Positions 25,954-39,599 of a DNA stretch of 64,000 nt are shown piece after piece. The notes under the pieces are model-generated. The model ran no database searches, was not told the origin of the DNA, and was given only the letters and a program-made list of their open reading frames with translations. How positions within the stretch are numbered: position 1 is the first letter of the stretch; every line of letters begins with the position of its first letter. Source of the DNA: Camelus ferus (lineage: Eukaryota); the NCBI RefSeq assembly GCF_009834535.1, contig NC_045697.1, positions 80,292,001 through 80,356,000 on the forward strand, written 5' to 3'. The position numbers were made by a program, and so were the translations under genes.

Positions 25954-28434
25954 AAAAGATCATGGGAAATGGCAACTGTCTACCATACGTGTACTTTGTG
26001 TAACATATTGTGAACATTAAAAAAAAAAAAAAAAAGTCCCAAAATTTTAGACCTGACAGAGGCCTTCAAAGTCAACCACAATCCAGCCCCTTTGTTGTAC
26101 GAATGGAGTCCAGGGGTTGTCTGTTCATTTAAACCAGAGCCACACACAGTTATTCCAAAGCAGGTGATAAATTTGGACCGTTCAAAAATCGACTCTTATC
26201 TTCCCCTAGTGCTATTTGTGAGCAGAGAATGGATCAGTTGGAAACATAGAGAATTATGCTGAAGGTGGTACATTTGATTTTAAACAGTACCAGACTGGTT
26301 ACAGTCGATATCTCCAACTACCAACTAACATTCCCCTCACCTGGGAGAATCTGCTGGCCAATGACTTTGTAGACTTAGAGGGCTCCTGGAACACTTCTAG
26401 TCCCCCTACCCACCAGCATACACAACAACAAGTCAAATGCCTCAGAGGGATGGTCCAGAAAAAAACCAAAATCTTAATTGGGTAAATATTGTCTTTGGCA
26501 TCTATATGCCTGTCATTAAATTGGAACTGGGCTACAGCTTCAAGGAGACGAGATGGGAGGAGGGTGTGGTGGTGAAACTGTGGTGTCCTGAGGCTGCTTG
26601 TAATTAGCAAGAGGATATAAAAAAGTCATTTAGAAAAGAGATTTCTATCCACAGTGAGTGAAGAAACAAGTGTTCTGGATGATGATCATGCTTTCCTCCT
26701 ATGTTAGTGAAGTTAGGGTGTCATTATAGAGTTCTATTTAATTTGGAAGTTTTAAAGGAAAATGTAAGAAACAGGACTCCAATATAGAATTGCAGCATTA
26801 AGCCTATTTTTGTTAGTTGAAGCAGTATTATGTACAATTGGGAGGATAGTAAGCATATGTATTTGTGATCCTTTCTCAGAAGGTCTTGGCATAGTAAGTT
26901 ACAGAATAACTACAATGGTTATCACTTATTAGCCAATCAAAGCTTCTATGATATAAACAGGGAGGTTCCTGAGCAAATTGGAAATCTTCCCCAAATCCAA
27001 ATCTACAAACTTCTTATCAAACTTCTGGTAGCTTCCCTCTCATTCTTGACATTAAGTGTCCTCATGTTTCTTTCTGGTTCTCAAATCTTTTTCTCTGCTG
27101 TCAACTTGAGCTTTAATCCCAAGAGAATGCAAGGTCAGACTTATTTCTAAACAGACAGAACTCTTAGAGCAAAAAAGGAAACAATCTCTCATTCATTGCT
27201 CTGTTCTGTGTGTTCGCATGAGTTTTCATGACTCCCTGACTTAGGATTAAAATCTTTCATTTATAATACTTTGATCATACATCCATAGGCTCGTCATAAA
27301 ACTACAACTTCAAAACATTTCAGAATATTTCAGTACAAAAATAGTCAACCAAATAACTCCTTCTCCACCAAAAAAAAAAAAAAAAAAATTAAAACAGGTA
27401 CAGAGAGCTCAAAATATTGAAATGACTTGCGAGTCATTGCCCTGCCATAATACAATACATCATGTAGTCACTAAATGATACCTACCTTGCTAGATCTTGG
27501 TTTCAAAGTCTACAGACACTGAAAAACACTTTAAGGAAGAAACAGAGTAAAATCTGAGCAATTTTCATGCCCAAATACCTATGTCCTTCTCAGCTTTAAC
27601 TGGAAAGTGACAAGAGTGGCACAGAATCTCAAAGAATTGAAAAGCATCACAAAGTAATGTTCAGGGCATATTTCTCTAGGACTGGGAAATAATCTATTCC
27701 TAGGCATAAGGTCAATTATATAGTTTTCATAAGGTAGCTCATTTCTACAACCATCTGCTCTAAATGAAAGAACTGCTGTTTTCTCACACACACCGAAGTC
27801 AGGAAATCTGGCCATAAAACTATAAAGTAAATTCTACTGAATAATGTATTAGGGATTTCACAGGCAAATCAGTATGAGCAAAACAAATGCAGTCATTAAA
27901 AGGTATCGCATATTACGAGTTTTCATGGGTTATAAGATTATGTATACGGAAAAATACATTTTTTAAGTTACCTACTTATTCATTTGTCTATTTCTGCCAG
28001 TTTTTTTTTTTTTTTGGAGGGGGGTGGTAGTGGTGGGATAACCAAAATCTAATTCCCATTGCACATGGGTTTTGGTTATCGCCACTCAAAGCTACATAAC
28101 CAGAGTTGCCACATTCACTTAGTTACTTATAAAGGCTGCTTTCAAAGGACATCATTCAAATAGACTAACACAGAAAACACTGTCAATGTGGGGAGAGAAT
28201 AAAAACGCAACATCGACTGTAACAGGACACCAAGTCCAATACCAGCAGTCACAGCTCCAAACAATGTCATTTGTAAATCAATTAAAAGCTTCATTCATAG
28301 AAATCAGATGCTCATTCAGTTTACCAAACATAATCAAATGACACTTCCAGGGGGAATTAATGTCACAGTGTATTTGGTCATTACTGCAACTGTCATTTCC
28401 AACAGGATAAACAAAGTAATCCCAGGCCTCCACA

Positions 28435-28690
28435 GCTATCATTGAGAGAGACAGCGCAGAGGTGAGGGGCCTCTGCAGGCAGAAGCCTGGCGTGCAGTCC
28501 CAGCTTGGCCACTTGCTGGGCAACTGTGTGCATGGTGCTCAGTATGTCTTAACTCTTTCCTGCATTTGTAAAAATGAACATAATAATGTGCCTACCGTGA
28601 CTACTATACAATATAACATACACAGCCCATTCGGTCCCACACCTCACGTGTGTGACATACACTCAATAAATTTTTAGCCGTTGTTATTTC
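28435..28690 (+). mobile_element. MIR
   Basis: Contains cctggcgtgcagtcccagcttggccacttgct...tttcctgcatttgtaaaaatg...cactcaataaatttttagc. Confidence 0.7.
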
Positions 28691-30139
28691 AAGAATCAGG
28701 TTCAAAAATTTTACAATCACACGAAGTTGGACAGGGCAAGATACTGTACATGTTTTATTAGAAATACTTCTGGAGAAAGCCTCTGCTTTTAAAAGCAGGA
28801 TAAAAAGCACAAAAAGAAAGCGTAGTCCAATCTGCAGCAGAGTCCTACAAAGCACAGGAAACCCTTTGCCAGCCTTGCAGAGTGTTGTCTGAGGTTTCTC
28901 TGTTCTTCCCTCCCTTCTCCGATGCTCTCTAGTGGTCCATGTTTCCACATGCACATTGTGGAGAATAGGCAATTCAAATCGATCGTGGCTATGTCCACTG
29001 CTAGGTGCTGACATTTTTATTCAGGCTTGTTTGACAAGCTAGAGAAAGGATCTACTGTAAAGAGGGCCTGCGAGTCCTCCGAGGAGAGGACACTACCCGA
29101 AAGAAGAGAGATCTGAGTAATTCATAGTGAGTCAGTAATAAAATGGAGAATGCAGCATTTTCTGTATCTTTTTGATGAGGAGAGACAAGTTAGCAAGTAA
29201 AATCCATAATTCTAATGAGGAGAGGAAATCAACAGCAACGTCTAGTGCAACAGGACAGGAAGCTGAGTACTGGCAGTCATGGCTCTAAGTAGTTCCATTT
29301 GTCAGTCAGTCAGAAGCTGCACTCACAGAAATGAGATACTCATGCAGTGTCTGCTTCCCGCAAAGCTCTACAGGACACTGAGGTACCACGGATACCATAC
29401 TGCTTTGTTTCCATGTATTAATTTAACAAATGTTTCTTGAGCACCAATTTGTGCCAGGAAACTTTCTAGGTATTGAGGAATCGACAGTAAACAGTCTCTG
29501 GGCTCACTTGCACCAATCTGGGAAGGCGGCCAAGGCACTCTCCCTACATCTGCCCGGAACAGAGTGTTGCATTAAGGACTGTAAAGTACAGGATCTTTAG
29601 AAGCTTAGAAGTCCAGACTCTCGTCTACCTAACACACACACGTGTACCTGGTCCTGTAATTGGCCTCGTATGATGGTGCTCAGTGTCGGGCCCTGAAAAA
29701 TCAGAGCAAGAGAGAAATGGGATCCGTCTCCTCGAAGTTTATTGACAAATGTGAGCGGTTCACAATCACTTGGCGATGGTGGGACAAGCAAATATTTATA
29801 TAAAGATATAATTGATAGTTTACAAAGTCAGAGAAAGCATCTTTTCACATTTGACTTGTTGAGAAAGAACTAATCAATATCAAGATCTTTCCTGTGATAA
29901 CCACTCATACTTCCTCTTGGTGAAAACGGGTGTCCACACATGAGTAAATCTAAGCCCAAACATTTCTGAATGTAGGCTGGATTCTAAATCTAACTTAGGA
30001 GGTATAAATAGTGTTATAACGATTCACTAGTCATTGTTAACAACGCAAGAGAAGGTAAGGGCCCTTCAAACTCTGAAATCTCATCAGTTAGATGGGGAAT
30101 GGTACCACAAATAATGGTGGTGTGACAGGCCTGTGATAG

Positions 30140-30320
30140 GCCCTTCACTTATAGAATTTCTAATCCTCACAGCAAGGTGAGGTAATCATATTTTCAATTT
30201 TACAGATTTGGCTTTCAGAAAAAAGAAAGGAAAAGGAATTTGTTTCTGCAAACATAGGCTGTAGAATGGAAGATCCAGGATTCAAATACTGATGGGTTGT
30301 ACGGGAAAGCCAGTACTTTC
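30140..30320 (-). mobile_element. MIR fragment
   Basis: Contains taatcctcacagcaaggtgaggta...attttacagat...ccaggattcaaa. Confidence 0.55.
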
Positions 30321-30714
30321 AAACCAGTCTTCAAAAATGTGTTAATATGTTAAATACCTGTCTTTAACCAATCCTTCAAGGAAAACAGAGTGAGTATAAT
30401 ATGAATAAGGGAGTGGAGAGATGAGAAAATAAATGTACCCTGCTGATACTTTCTAGTCAGTACCTTTGTGGTTTTTACAGGAAATAAGCATTTATGGCTT
30501 ATCTGTCAAGTTCGCAGCTTATCTGTAAAGACTACAGAGGGCCAAGCAGAAAGGTATGTCTTTACCAAACATGATGGAATGTTGGACTGATACTCTGCTG
30601 ACAGAGAGCCACAGAGTCATGTCTGTTGTTAAGGTTGGCACTGACCTAACTGGTTGGTTGGTACTCAGGCCATACTAGTTGTTAAATGTTTGAAGTACCA
30701 TTCTTAGCTGCATG

Positions 30715-32012
30715 CTGCCAACTCCTGATTTTATATTTCCAGCCCTGACCTCCCACTGAACTTCAGACTCATATCCATTGACTTAAATGACATCTTCACT
30801 TGGAAGTCAAACAGGCACTTAAAAATCTATGTGCTGGTAACTAACCTTCACAACATCCCCCACCCCAGTCATGCCCTTCTCTACCTGGGACAACTCCATC
30901 CTTCCAATTTCCCATGGTTGGTCACTGACTCCCCTCTGCCTGTGACAACTCAAATCAAATCCACCACAGATTCGCCTCTACCTTCAAAACACATCCTGAA
31001 TCTGACCACAGTTCTATCTCCACTGCTGAGGCCCCAATTCAAGCCACTGATTACCATAACTGCCTCCTAACAGGTCTCTCAGACTCTGCTTTTGCCCTCA
31101 CAGTCCTCCAGTAACATAGAAGCCAGAGCAATCCTCTTAAAACAGGAGTCAGATCAGCTCACTTCTCTCCTGAGAACTTCAAAGACTTCTCATCTATCTC
31201 AGTCAGCTAGGGCTGCCGTAACAAAATACCACAGACTGGGTGGCTCAAACAACTGACATTTATGTCTCACAGTTCTGGAAGCCAGGAAGTCTGAGATCAA
31301 AGTGCTGGCAGATTCAGTTCCTGGTGAAGGCTCTCTTCCTGGCTGGCAGAAGGCCACCTACTCACTGCGTCCTCATATGGGGAGGTGAGGAGTGGAGAAA
31401 GCTCTGGTCTCTCTTCCTCTTCTTGTAAGGGCACTAATCCCCTCATGAGAGCCCCACCCTCATGACTTCCTCTACAGCTAATGACTTCACAAAGGCCCCA
31501 CCTCAAATACCCTCACATAGGGAGTAAGGGCTTCAATGTATGAATTTGGAGGAGCCACAAACATTCAGTCTATAACACCATCTCCCTAGGAGGGAAAGTG
31601 AAGGTCCTCACTACCACCTACAAGCTCCCATCACCTTTCTGGTGGCATCACCTATAACCTCCTGCAACCCTCACTCCACACCATGCCATGCCACACGGGC
31701 CACTGTGCTGCTCTCAGCCACGTCAGGCAAATTTCCAGCTCACTCATCCCAAAAGGCCCTTCCTTTGGGTGTTGCAAAACCTGCTCTCTGACTTCCTTTT
31801 GGGCTCAGCTCACTTATCACCATCTAACCACGGACAGGCTTTGTTTGTTTAGCCCCAGTCCCTGCCCCTGCCCTTGAGTATAAGCAGTATAAGGGCAAGG
31901 GATTTTGTCAGCTTCGTTCACTGCTGTATCAGTGTCTAGAGGAGTACCTGCAGCATTAAAAAAAAAAAAATAGACAAGTATTAAAAAAAATTTGCTAAAT
32001 AGATGAATAAAT
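30715..32012 (+). mobile_element. L2 fragment interrupted by an MLT1A LTR
   Basis: L2 motifs lie on both sides of the LTR (tccagccctgacctcccactgaacttcagactca; agccagagcaatcctcttaaaac; ttcgttcactgctgtatc...gatgaataaatga). Confidence 0.75.
31195..31577 (-). mobile_element. MaLR solo LTR, MLT1A-like
   Basis: Contains tcagctagggctgccgtaacaaaataccacagactgggtggc...acattcagtctataaca. 5-bp TSD tcatc/ccatc (4/5). Confidence 0.85.
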
Positions 32013-33929
32013 GACTGAGGCTAATTTTGTAGGCCAAGTATAATTCTAAATCTGTAAGAATTTTCCTACAATTCTTGACATAGTTCTGTATCCAAAATCA
32101 AGCATATCCTCAGTGTTTTGTTTCCCAAAATAATTAAAATAAAATATATCAAGCAGAACAAGAGAGTTGAGTGAGAGTAAAGTATAAAAGGGAGTTATTT
32201 AAAATCCCATTAGCAAGTTTCATAAACTGGTAAGCCCTTATCTTTCATCCCTTGGTTTCATTCGTGTTTGGTTTCAGAAATCCTCATTGAAAAAACTAAA
32301 TACACTCTTTTGTTTAGGTTTGGGCATGTAATCAACAATCTTTAGCAGCAAGCAAACAATAATCCAGCTATTCAGGAGATTCCTCTGAAATCTGTGGTCT
32401 ACAGATTTACTATGGTGTAAAACTTGAAGGCAAATTGCTACAAAAATCAAGTAACATATAATCTGACATTTTTTCAGAAACTATAACAGTGTAAATTTTT
32501 GTGTAGGCAGGTTGATTCCTAGACTTTTACTGTGTAAGCCTAGGCCACCTGGGCAAACCAGAATTGAAATGCTCTTGAAATAATAATAAATTCTGTATCT
32601 TCAGGCAAGGATAGCATAGTCTCTAAACCAGTTCCCTAGCTTCTACAGCAGTTTGTGGACCAAAAGCAAGAAAGAAGAGCAACCTCGTCCCTGTTCACCT
32701 GCAGGAGGACACGGAGCTGTCTGTTCCACCCTCCCAAACCTGCTTTCATTCATTCTCTCTTTGCACCTTCCAATTTGTGACTGCAGAGCCTCACTGAGCA
32801 GCCACTCTCCTAATTTCTGAATCCTCTAAGCAGAGGTGAGAGCTAATAGTGTACTCAAATAATTCTGTATATTGGTTCAGGCATAACAGAAAGAAACATT
32901 CGAACGAAGAAAAGGGAATCCTGACTTGAAAGATGAGGTTGAAAACTATGAAGCTTGAACAGAAACATAGAAAATAGCTCTGATTAGAAAGACAGGGATG
33001 GGTGTGGGTGTGAGACACAGAGAGAGAATATGAGAGCAAGAGCGAGAACTCTAGAGCACAAGAAGGAAAATGAGGCAGGTGTCTGAGAAGGCGAGAGCGA
33101 GGATCAGAGAGCTAGGCAGGAAGTACACTCCTTTCTTGGGTGGATTCCTAAGTACAGAGGGCTACGTACTTACAAGGCACAGAATACATTGTTCTCTCAG
33201 TTTTGCCTGGTGCATATTTAGGAGAACAGTTTGGAGTTAGAGGTAAGAGGCAACTGGATCAGTTCCTGACCTTAGCAAAGAGAGATTTAAGAAAATGGAG
33301 AAATTTCACTCTCACTAAGCACACAGCTGCTTCTAAAAAACCAACTGATGAGGGCTGTGCTCCTGTACAGCTTTCCTTCAAGCAACTCTAGGGAAAGTAC
33401 TACTCAAACATCCTCCAAATCTGCTCCCAACTTAATTCAGCCAATATAAAAGGAATCACTTACAGAAACAAATGGACCATCCAAAGTGCCGTGTTAGGGA
33501 GAGAATGGTGGTAAGGGTAGGGCTCCCCACATGAAATAAAAGGTAACATTTTAATCTACTTCCTCCCTTTCCCAGGTGGTTAATGACCTAGGCTTCTTAT
33601 AAATCAGTAATTAATAAATTAATTTTTTAAATGCACAATAAATTGTGAAAACAATGTTCATGAACAGGAATGATTACGGCACAGTTTGTGCCAGATTAAT
33701 GACAACTTGTATGGTAGTCTGTGAAGATAAAATGTGAACGTAGTCACTAAGGCCAAGAAGCTAAGTTTCGGGGGTGGAAGTGGAGGGGAACAGGGTGTGT
33801 AATAGGTGCTGTGGTGCCAGACCGCTACTGGCCTGTACGGCACCTCTGTGCAAATTAGAAAAAGGCAGCCCTGCCCCGCCTCAGCCCTTCCACTAGGCAC
33901 CTTTGTACAGTGAAAGACCTTTCCTACTG

Positions 33930-34990
33930 GCCAGGTGTCAACGAGGGTGTCAAGGAAGGCTGAGGGCTAACGTTAGAGACAAGGCCTAAAGAAAAAGGAG
34001 GAAATGATACAGGCAAGGGGGGAGAAAGAGAAAGAGCACTTGGCACCCAAAGAGTGTAAGTGAAACGGTATCAAGAAAAAATGGAAAACTTAGAAATTGG
34101 GGTTGAAGTTGGAGAAGTGGTCTGTGTGACTAGAGAGTAGAGACAATTAAAAGAACCGAGATGTAAAAGATTTTGCACTGTTAGGATTTTAAACTTTAGC
34201 CTGAGGAACCAGGGAACCATGGAAATATTCTAAGGAAAGGCATGACAGATCTGATTTGCATTTTTTAAATATCTCTTTCTCAGAAACGGAGAGAAGAACA
34301 GAGAAGAGAAGTTTATTTGAGCCTGGCCGTTGGTATGTGGGTGAAGAGAAGGAGACAGACTTATAAGCCATTAAGGAAGCTGAAGTGAGAGGCATTGCTA
34401 AGTGACTGCATAAGCTGGCAAGACAAAGAGAGACGGGCAGGATGACACCAAGTTTCTGGGTTAGGCAAGGCGATGAGACGGAGGCAGGGAATGCAAGCAG
34501 AGAAGCAGGTTTGGGTGGGGGCTGGGTGGAACAGGGATGGTAAACAAGGTTCATTTCATGCATAGTATTACCAGTAGGGTACCAGTACAACATCTGAGTG
34601 ACACTCCAGTAGAGAGTGGGAAGCATGTTTGGAGAGAAACGCTAAACTGTACAAAATAGGTTTGGGAATAAACAGAATATTACTGAGGCCCTGGTGGAAG
34701 ATTTAAGAGATAGGCAAAGGTGAGGAACTCAGGAAGGAAATTGAGAATGAATTGTGAGAGGTAAAGAAGACATCTAGAAAACACTAGTGTTTCAGAAGCC
34801 AAAGCAGTGACTAAACCGCAGAGAGACATCCAGTAAGCCCAGAACGTAAAAGGCTCCACTGAGCAAGATGATCGGTGATCATGACGAAAGCAGTCTTTGG
34901 AACACAGGAGCAGGGGCCTGAATGAGAGGCCAATGAAACGGAAACAAGAGTGCTTCTTCTTCCAAAAGTGTTCCATGGGAAGGGAACAAG
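33930..34990 (-). mobile_element. L2 fragments
   Basis: Antisense L2 motifs (gggaaccatggaaatattctaaggaaaggcatgacagatctgatttgcatttttt; ggatgacaccaagtttctgg). Confidence 0.65.
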
Positions 34991-35429
34991 GGGATTACTT
35001 ACATAGATAATTGTGTGTTAATAACTGTTAAAATGCAGAAGGATAATGACCCAGCATTATCCACAGAACTGACTCATTTCAAACTTCCATGATTTGGGAA
35101 CAACATTGCTCCCAGCTCTCTTAAATCTTGTCCTTTGAGATATTCAAATCTGTCCAATATCCTGCATAAAACACTTCACACACAACATGAGCCTCTCTCC
35201 TCTCTCTGTATCTAATTTGAGCACTTAATTACACACTCCTTTGCAATGCTGAGTATTTTCATGGGTAAATGTCCCAACTTCCCGCACAGGTAGGAAACCC
35301 CTTACATGTCAACGATATTTGGTAGCCTGCTGGTCACATTCTGGTGCTTTATTTAAATTAAAAGTAATACAGCCGCACAGGGAGCTCACATGACTTTGAG
35401 CAGAGGAGGAAGTGAAGAACAGAAGGTTT

Positions 35430-35680
35430 GTGTAGTAGAAACTTGAACTTTGGAATCAAACAAATGTATCCGAATCCTGGTTCCACCCTTTGTGAACTAA
35501 GTAACCTCAGACAAATTAATCAGTCTCTTTTGAGACTCAGCTTCTTCATCTGGGCAAGGCACACAATGGGTGCTTAATATTAATTGGACTGGTCAAAAAT
35601 GGAGATAATATTAATACCTGCAGAGTAGTTGTTGGAAAAATTGAGTAAGATCATTATGGTGAGTGTTGAGACACAAGAGG
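35430..35680 (+). mobile_element. MIR
   Basis: Contains tttggaatcaaaca...gaatcctggttccacc...ctcagcttcttcatctg...aatggagataata. Confidence 0.65.
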
Positions 35681-35849
35681 TTTCAGGTTATCGCTAAGAA
35701 TCTTAAGTTTTCATTCTTTAAACCTAGTATGGAAAAGATAGAGACAAGGAGTCTACTGATCTACCAGAGTTGAATACAAGTTTCCCAGCCCCAAGCTTTA
35801 CTGGGGATTTAGCTCTTCGTGACATCATCTCTAGATCAATGCCTTTTGT

Positions 35850-36030
35850 AAATTGTGATCCTTGAAAACTTGAATTAGAATCCCCTGGTGCTTGACTAAA
35901 CAAATAAGCAAATAAACCAGAAAAGCAAACAAATACATGGCAGATTCCAAGAGCCCACCCCCCCAGGTCAATCTGTGATGTTGAAGCCAACAAATATGCA
36001 CTTTTATCAAGCGCATCTTATATATATGAG
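35850..36030. mobile_element. MER5A-like hAT-Charlie fragment
   Basis: Contains attagaatcccctggtgcttg...gcagattccaagagcccacccc...tatgcacttttatcaagc. Confidence 0.5.
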
Positions 36031-37199
36031 CATTTCAGAGCCACCCCGCTGGCAGTCTAACTCACCCCCAATTATGCTGCGTTCTAGGAACACCAGGAAA
36101 CTAGTTGAGTTTTGAGTATTTCAATTATTCAGTAGGATTTCCATTCAGGATGGGCTCTATAGAATTATTTTTATCTCAAAGAAGCCATAATCTTAAAGTG
36201 AGGTGAAAGTGGAGGGTGGTGGGAGGAATACAGAGTTACCACCATCGGAGCTATAGAATGTCAGGGAGCATCTGGCCACTATCAGAACCTTCCCTCCCCA
36301 CCACTCTCCTGCCTCCCATCTTCCTCACACATCAAATGCCATCAGAAGCAGATAACTGGGCACCTCAGGCTGAATTAAACCTAAACTGATACAAAGTACA
36401 TCCTTCAAAGAGAACTTGCCTCAGAATATCCAGAATCTCTCCAGGTCAGCTGTGGCAAGCAGGGGGAGTGGAGCTATTTATCTTTCTTTTTTGTGCAATG
36501 TTCATCACCTAGCCTAAAGACTGATTTTCTTCTCCATGAAGGGGTTGTGAAACCATAGCTTTCTCTTCCTAGGCTATCTGTGGGAGCTGGTGAGGACAAG
36601 AGAGACCTTCCTTCCACCATAGGGCACTGGATGATCTCATTTCTCCAGAAATAGCTGGAAGCCAGGTCCCGCTTCTTGATCTCTGAAGGATCATGCACTT
36701 GGTACGACTATACACATGGCAGCATTAAGAATCTTACTGGCTGACATGGATTGGAAGATTGACTTATTGGAATATCTATTTCCCACTGCCTATTTCCTCA
36801 GTTCTTCACTCAGGGAGCTACTAGCCTTTCAGATCCTGAAGTTAGCGGGTCATGCATTAATATAGCCATTTTGAATATCATGTGATATTAAAACACTATA
36901 TGAACTATTTTCATATTTTCTCAAGGTAAGTTTTAAAAAAATGTTATCTTTTGCAATAAAATGCTGTCAAGAGTCTCTAGTAACAGTAGAAAAATACTAA
37001 GGCAGCAAATTTGCTATTGGAGACTTAATAAAATCGATACAATCTGTGCTAGGCTAAGTAATGATTGTCAAAGTCCTCTGCAAAATGAACACGGGGTAAA
37101 GGTTAAAATATATTTGTGAAATAGGAGACATACTACAATTTAAAAGTAAAAACAAGAAAGAAAGAACACTATATATTAAAAAAAAATAATAGTTACATA

Positions 37200-37406
37200 C
37201 AGTTGACCCTTGAACAACATGGGTTAGGGGTGCTGATCCTCTAGTGAAAAATCTGTGTATAACTCTACAGTCAACACTCCATAACTGGTTTCACATCCAC
37301 AGGGTGAACCAATCTCAGATTACGTAGTATTGTAGTACATATTTATTGAAAAAAATCTGCCTATAAGTGGACCTACACAGTTCAAACCCAAGTTGAGGGT
37401 CAGTTG
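37200..37406 (+). mobile_element. Tigger2-derived MITE (MER8/Tigger2a-like)
   Basis: Begins TA|cagttgacccttgaacaacatggg and ends taagtggacctacacagttcaaaccc...gggtcagttg. The termini are inverted repeats. Confidence 0.85.
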
Positions 37407-39258
37407 TGTGTATACATGAATGTACACACACACAATGTAGGAATTATCGCTATGTTATATAACTCGAAGACCAGAAATTAAAATACCAAATAAATGAATT
37501 CACAAAAGTGAAAAATCTCAGAATACCAGTTATATTTCTTCTATTTATATCTATTTAAATAGCTGCTAAAAAAAATGTGATGTTTCAATGGAAATGAGTA
37601 ATTCTGTCTTCCAGGATGCTAGAGGCAAGTGGAGTAGAAAAGCCAAGCCAGGCCAGAAGCATTACTGTGGAGAGAGAGGAGGACGGAAGGTCAAGGCCAG
37701 AAGCAGCAGTCACAGGTTCAGGTCACAAACAGGGCTATCTGCAAAGTCACGCCTGTGGGCTCACAAGCTCAGACTTCAAGTGTAGAACAAATGGTCCAAG
37801 CCCAGGAACAGCAAGTCAGAAAACAAGAACCATGCCAGCAGTATCAACCACCTGCAGGAGGACAGGGTCTGGGACTGTGTTAATGGTCCTTTGAGGCCAG
37901 GGAATTCTGATAAGCTGTCGACACACAAAATAAGAATTGTCAACCATCACTGGCAGCTTGTGGTCTATGTTTACACACAAGTGAGTGAATAAGAGTGGGT
38001 CAGTGTCTCTCACAGCGGAAACCAGCCCCTCGCCTTCCACTGCCCATCTTGATAACCTGCTGGAATGGCTCTGTGCCTAGATGCAGTCTGCTGACTTCCC
38101 CGAGCATACCTGAAAGGCCAACGTGTTCAGAGCAGCAGCACCCTTTCTGAGTAATATCAGACTCCCCACCAGTGCTCATACTACACTGCCCCACTCTAAC
38201 GAAACTAGGCAGGGTATTTAAGGGGATCCAGGTCAGCTTTACAAGTGCAAGTAGACCTAAAGGGGAGAGGGAATATCCTCATGAGATACTTGCAAATCAA
38301 GATGAAAGCAATATGTTCTCTTCCACACTTTCATAGAAAGGGTCTTCTATGACGTCAAAATCAGTTCATTCTAGTTTACACCCATTATTGTCAGAATGGT
38401 TTTGTGTTATTAAGAAAAGCAAGCTCTCAACTGAGGCTATTCTACCTTCAATTTCATCAGAGGTACAGACCCTGCTAGACTCAGTGTTTTGGGAAAAGTG
38501 AGAGAAAGATTAGATTCAAAAAGAAAAACACCTCAAAAATATCAAAACAAACAGAAAAAATAACACGCTGTCAGACTTATGGCTTAGAGAGCAGCAAATC
38601 TGCCTAGCGAAGACAAAGCTGGCCTGGGTTATGCACAAGCCAAAAGTCTAAAAGTATGAGGAAAGTCAGGGTCAAAACTGTTTTAGAAATAGTACATACG
38701 TGTCTGTAAAATCAGAGGTGATCTGAAACAGATGATCAATTTTCAAGTGAAAAAGAATACAGGTAAGCTTTGAGTGTCATCAGCTCAAGCTCTAAACCAA
38801 ATCCACCATGCACAGGTTTCCTCAGTGTGGTCTCTGGCTGACGAGGCAGCAAGAGGTGAGCAGCAACTATCTACTTCTCACTGCAGGGCAAGAAATCCAG
38901 TCAACGGTAACTAGGGGCAGAGGTAACAGCAAGATCAACAGCCAGAACAAAAGGAAACCGAGCCGCAGCGTGAAGGCTTTTCCTATCATTTTAGACCTAG
39001 AATCTGAAACAGCACTAAATCAGAAATCAAAGTTGAAATGAAACTATGTTCCTGAATTAGAAGACTTCAGAAATGGAAAGTCCATTCAGGTCATCACTGT
39101 ACCCAGATATTTTAGCTGTGTCCTCTGAGATTCAGAATATACAAGATGGCCAGGAAACAAAGATGAAGCTGTTCCCCAGGCCCAGGAAACAGAGCATTAG
39201 GAGTTAGCAGATATTCAAGGTCCAAATAACCCACAAAGAGATCTCCTAGACTCTAGAG

Positions 39259-39599
39259 CAAGGCTTGGCAAATTATGCCCCACATACCAAATCTAGCTCA
39301 ACATCTATTTTTATATAGTCTATAAATAGAATAGTTTTTTCTTTCTTAGATTTTGAAATAGTTGTAAAACAAAAAACCAAAAAGAGTATTTTATGACATA
39401 TAACAAATAAAGTTCCGATATCAGTGTCTGTAAATACAAAGTTTTATTGGGACAGTCACACTTGCTCATTTATGAAGAGTCTATGGCTGCTTTGCACAAC
39501 ACTGGCAAAGCTGAATAGCTAGGACAAGAGAAGGCATGGCTAGCAAAGCCTAAGATATTTACTACTGGGTGCTTTACAGGAAAAGCTGGCCAATCCTGG
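39259..39599 (+). mobile_element. MER58B-like hAT-Charlie MITE
   Basis: TIRs caaggcttggcaaa.../...ctggccaatcctg. Degenerate 8-bp TSD ctctagag/ctccacag. Confidence 0.8.

Noticed and set aside
26355..26625. CCAAT plus TATA-like (gatataaaaaag) promoter on the + strand
   Set aside because: The spacing is atypical, the motifs are short and common, and there is no downstream exon evidence.
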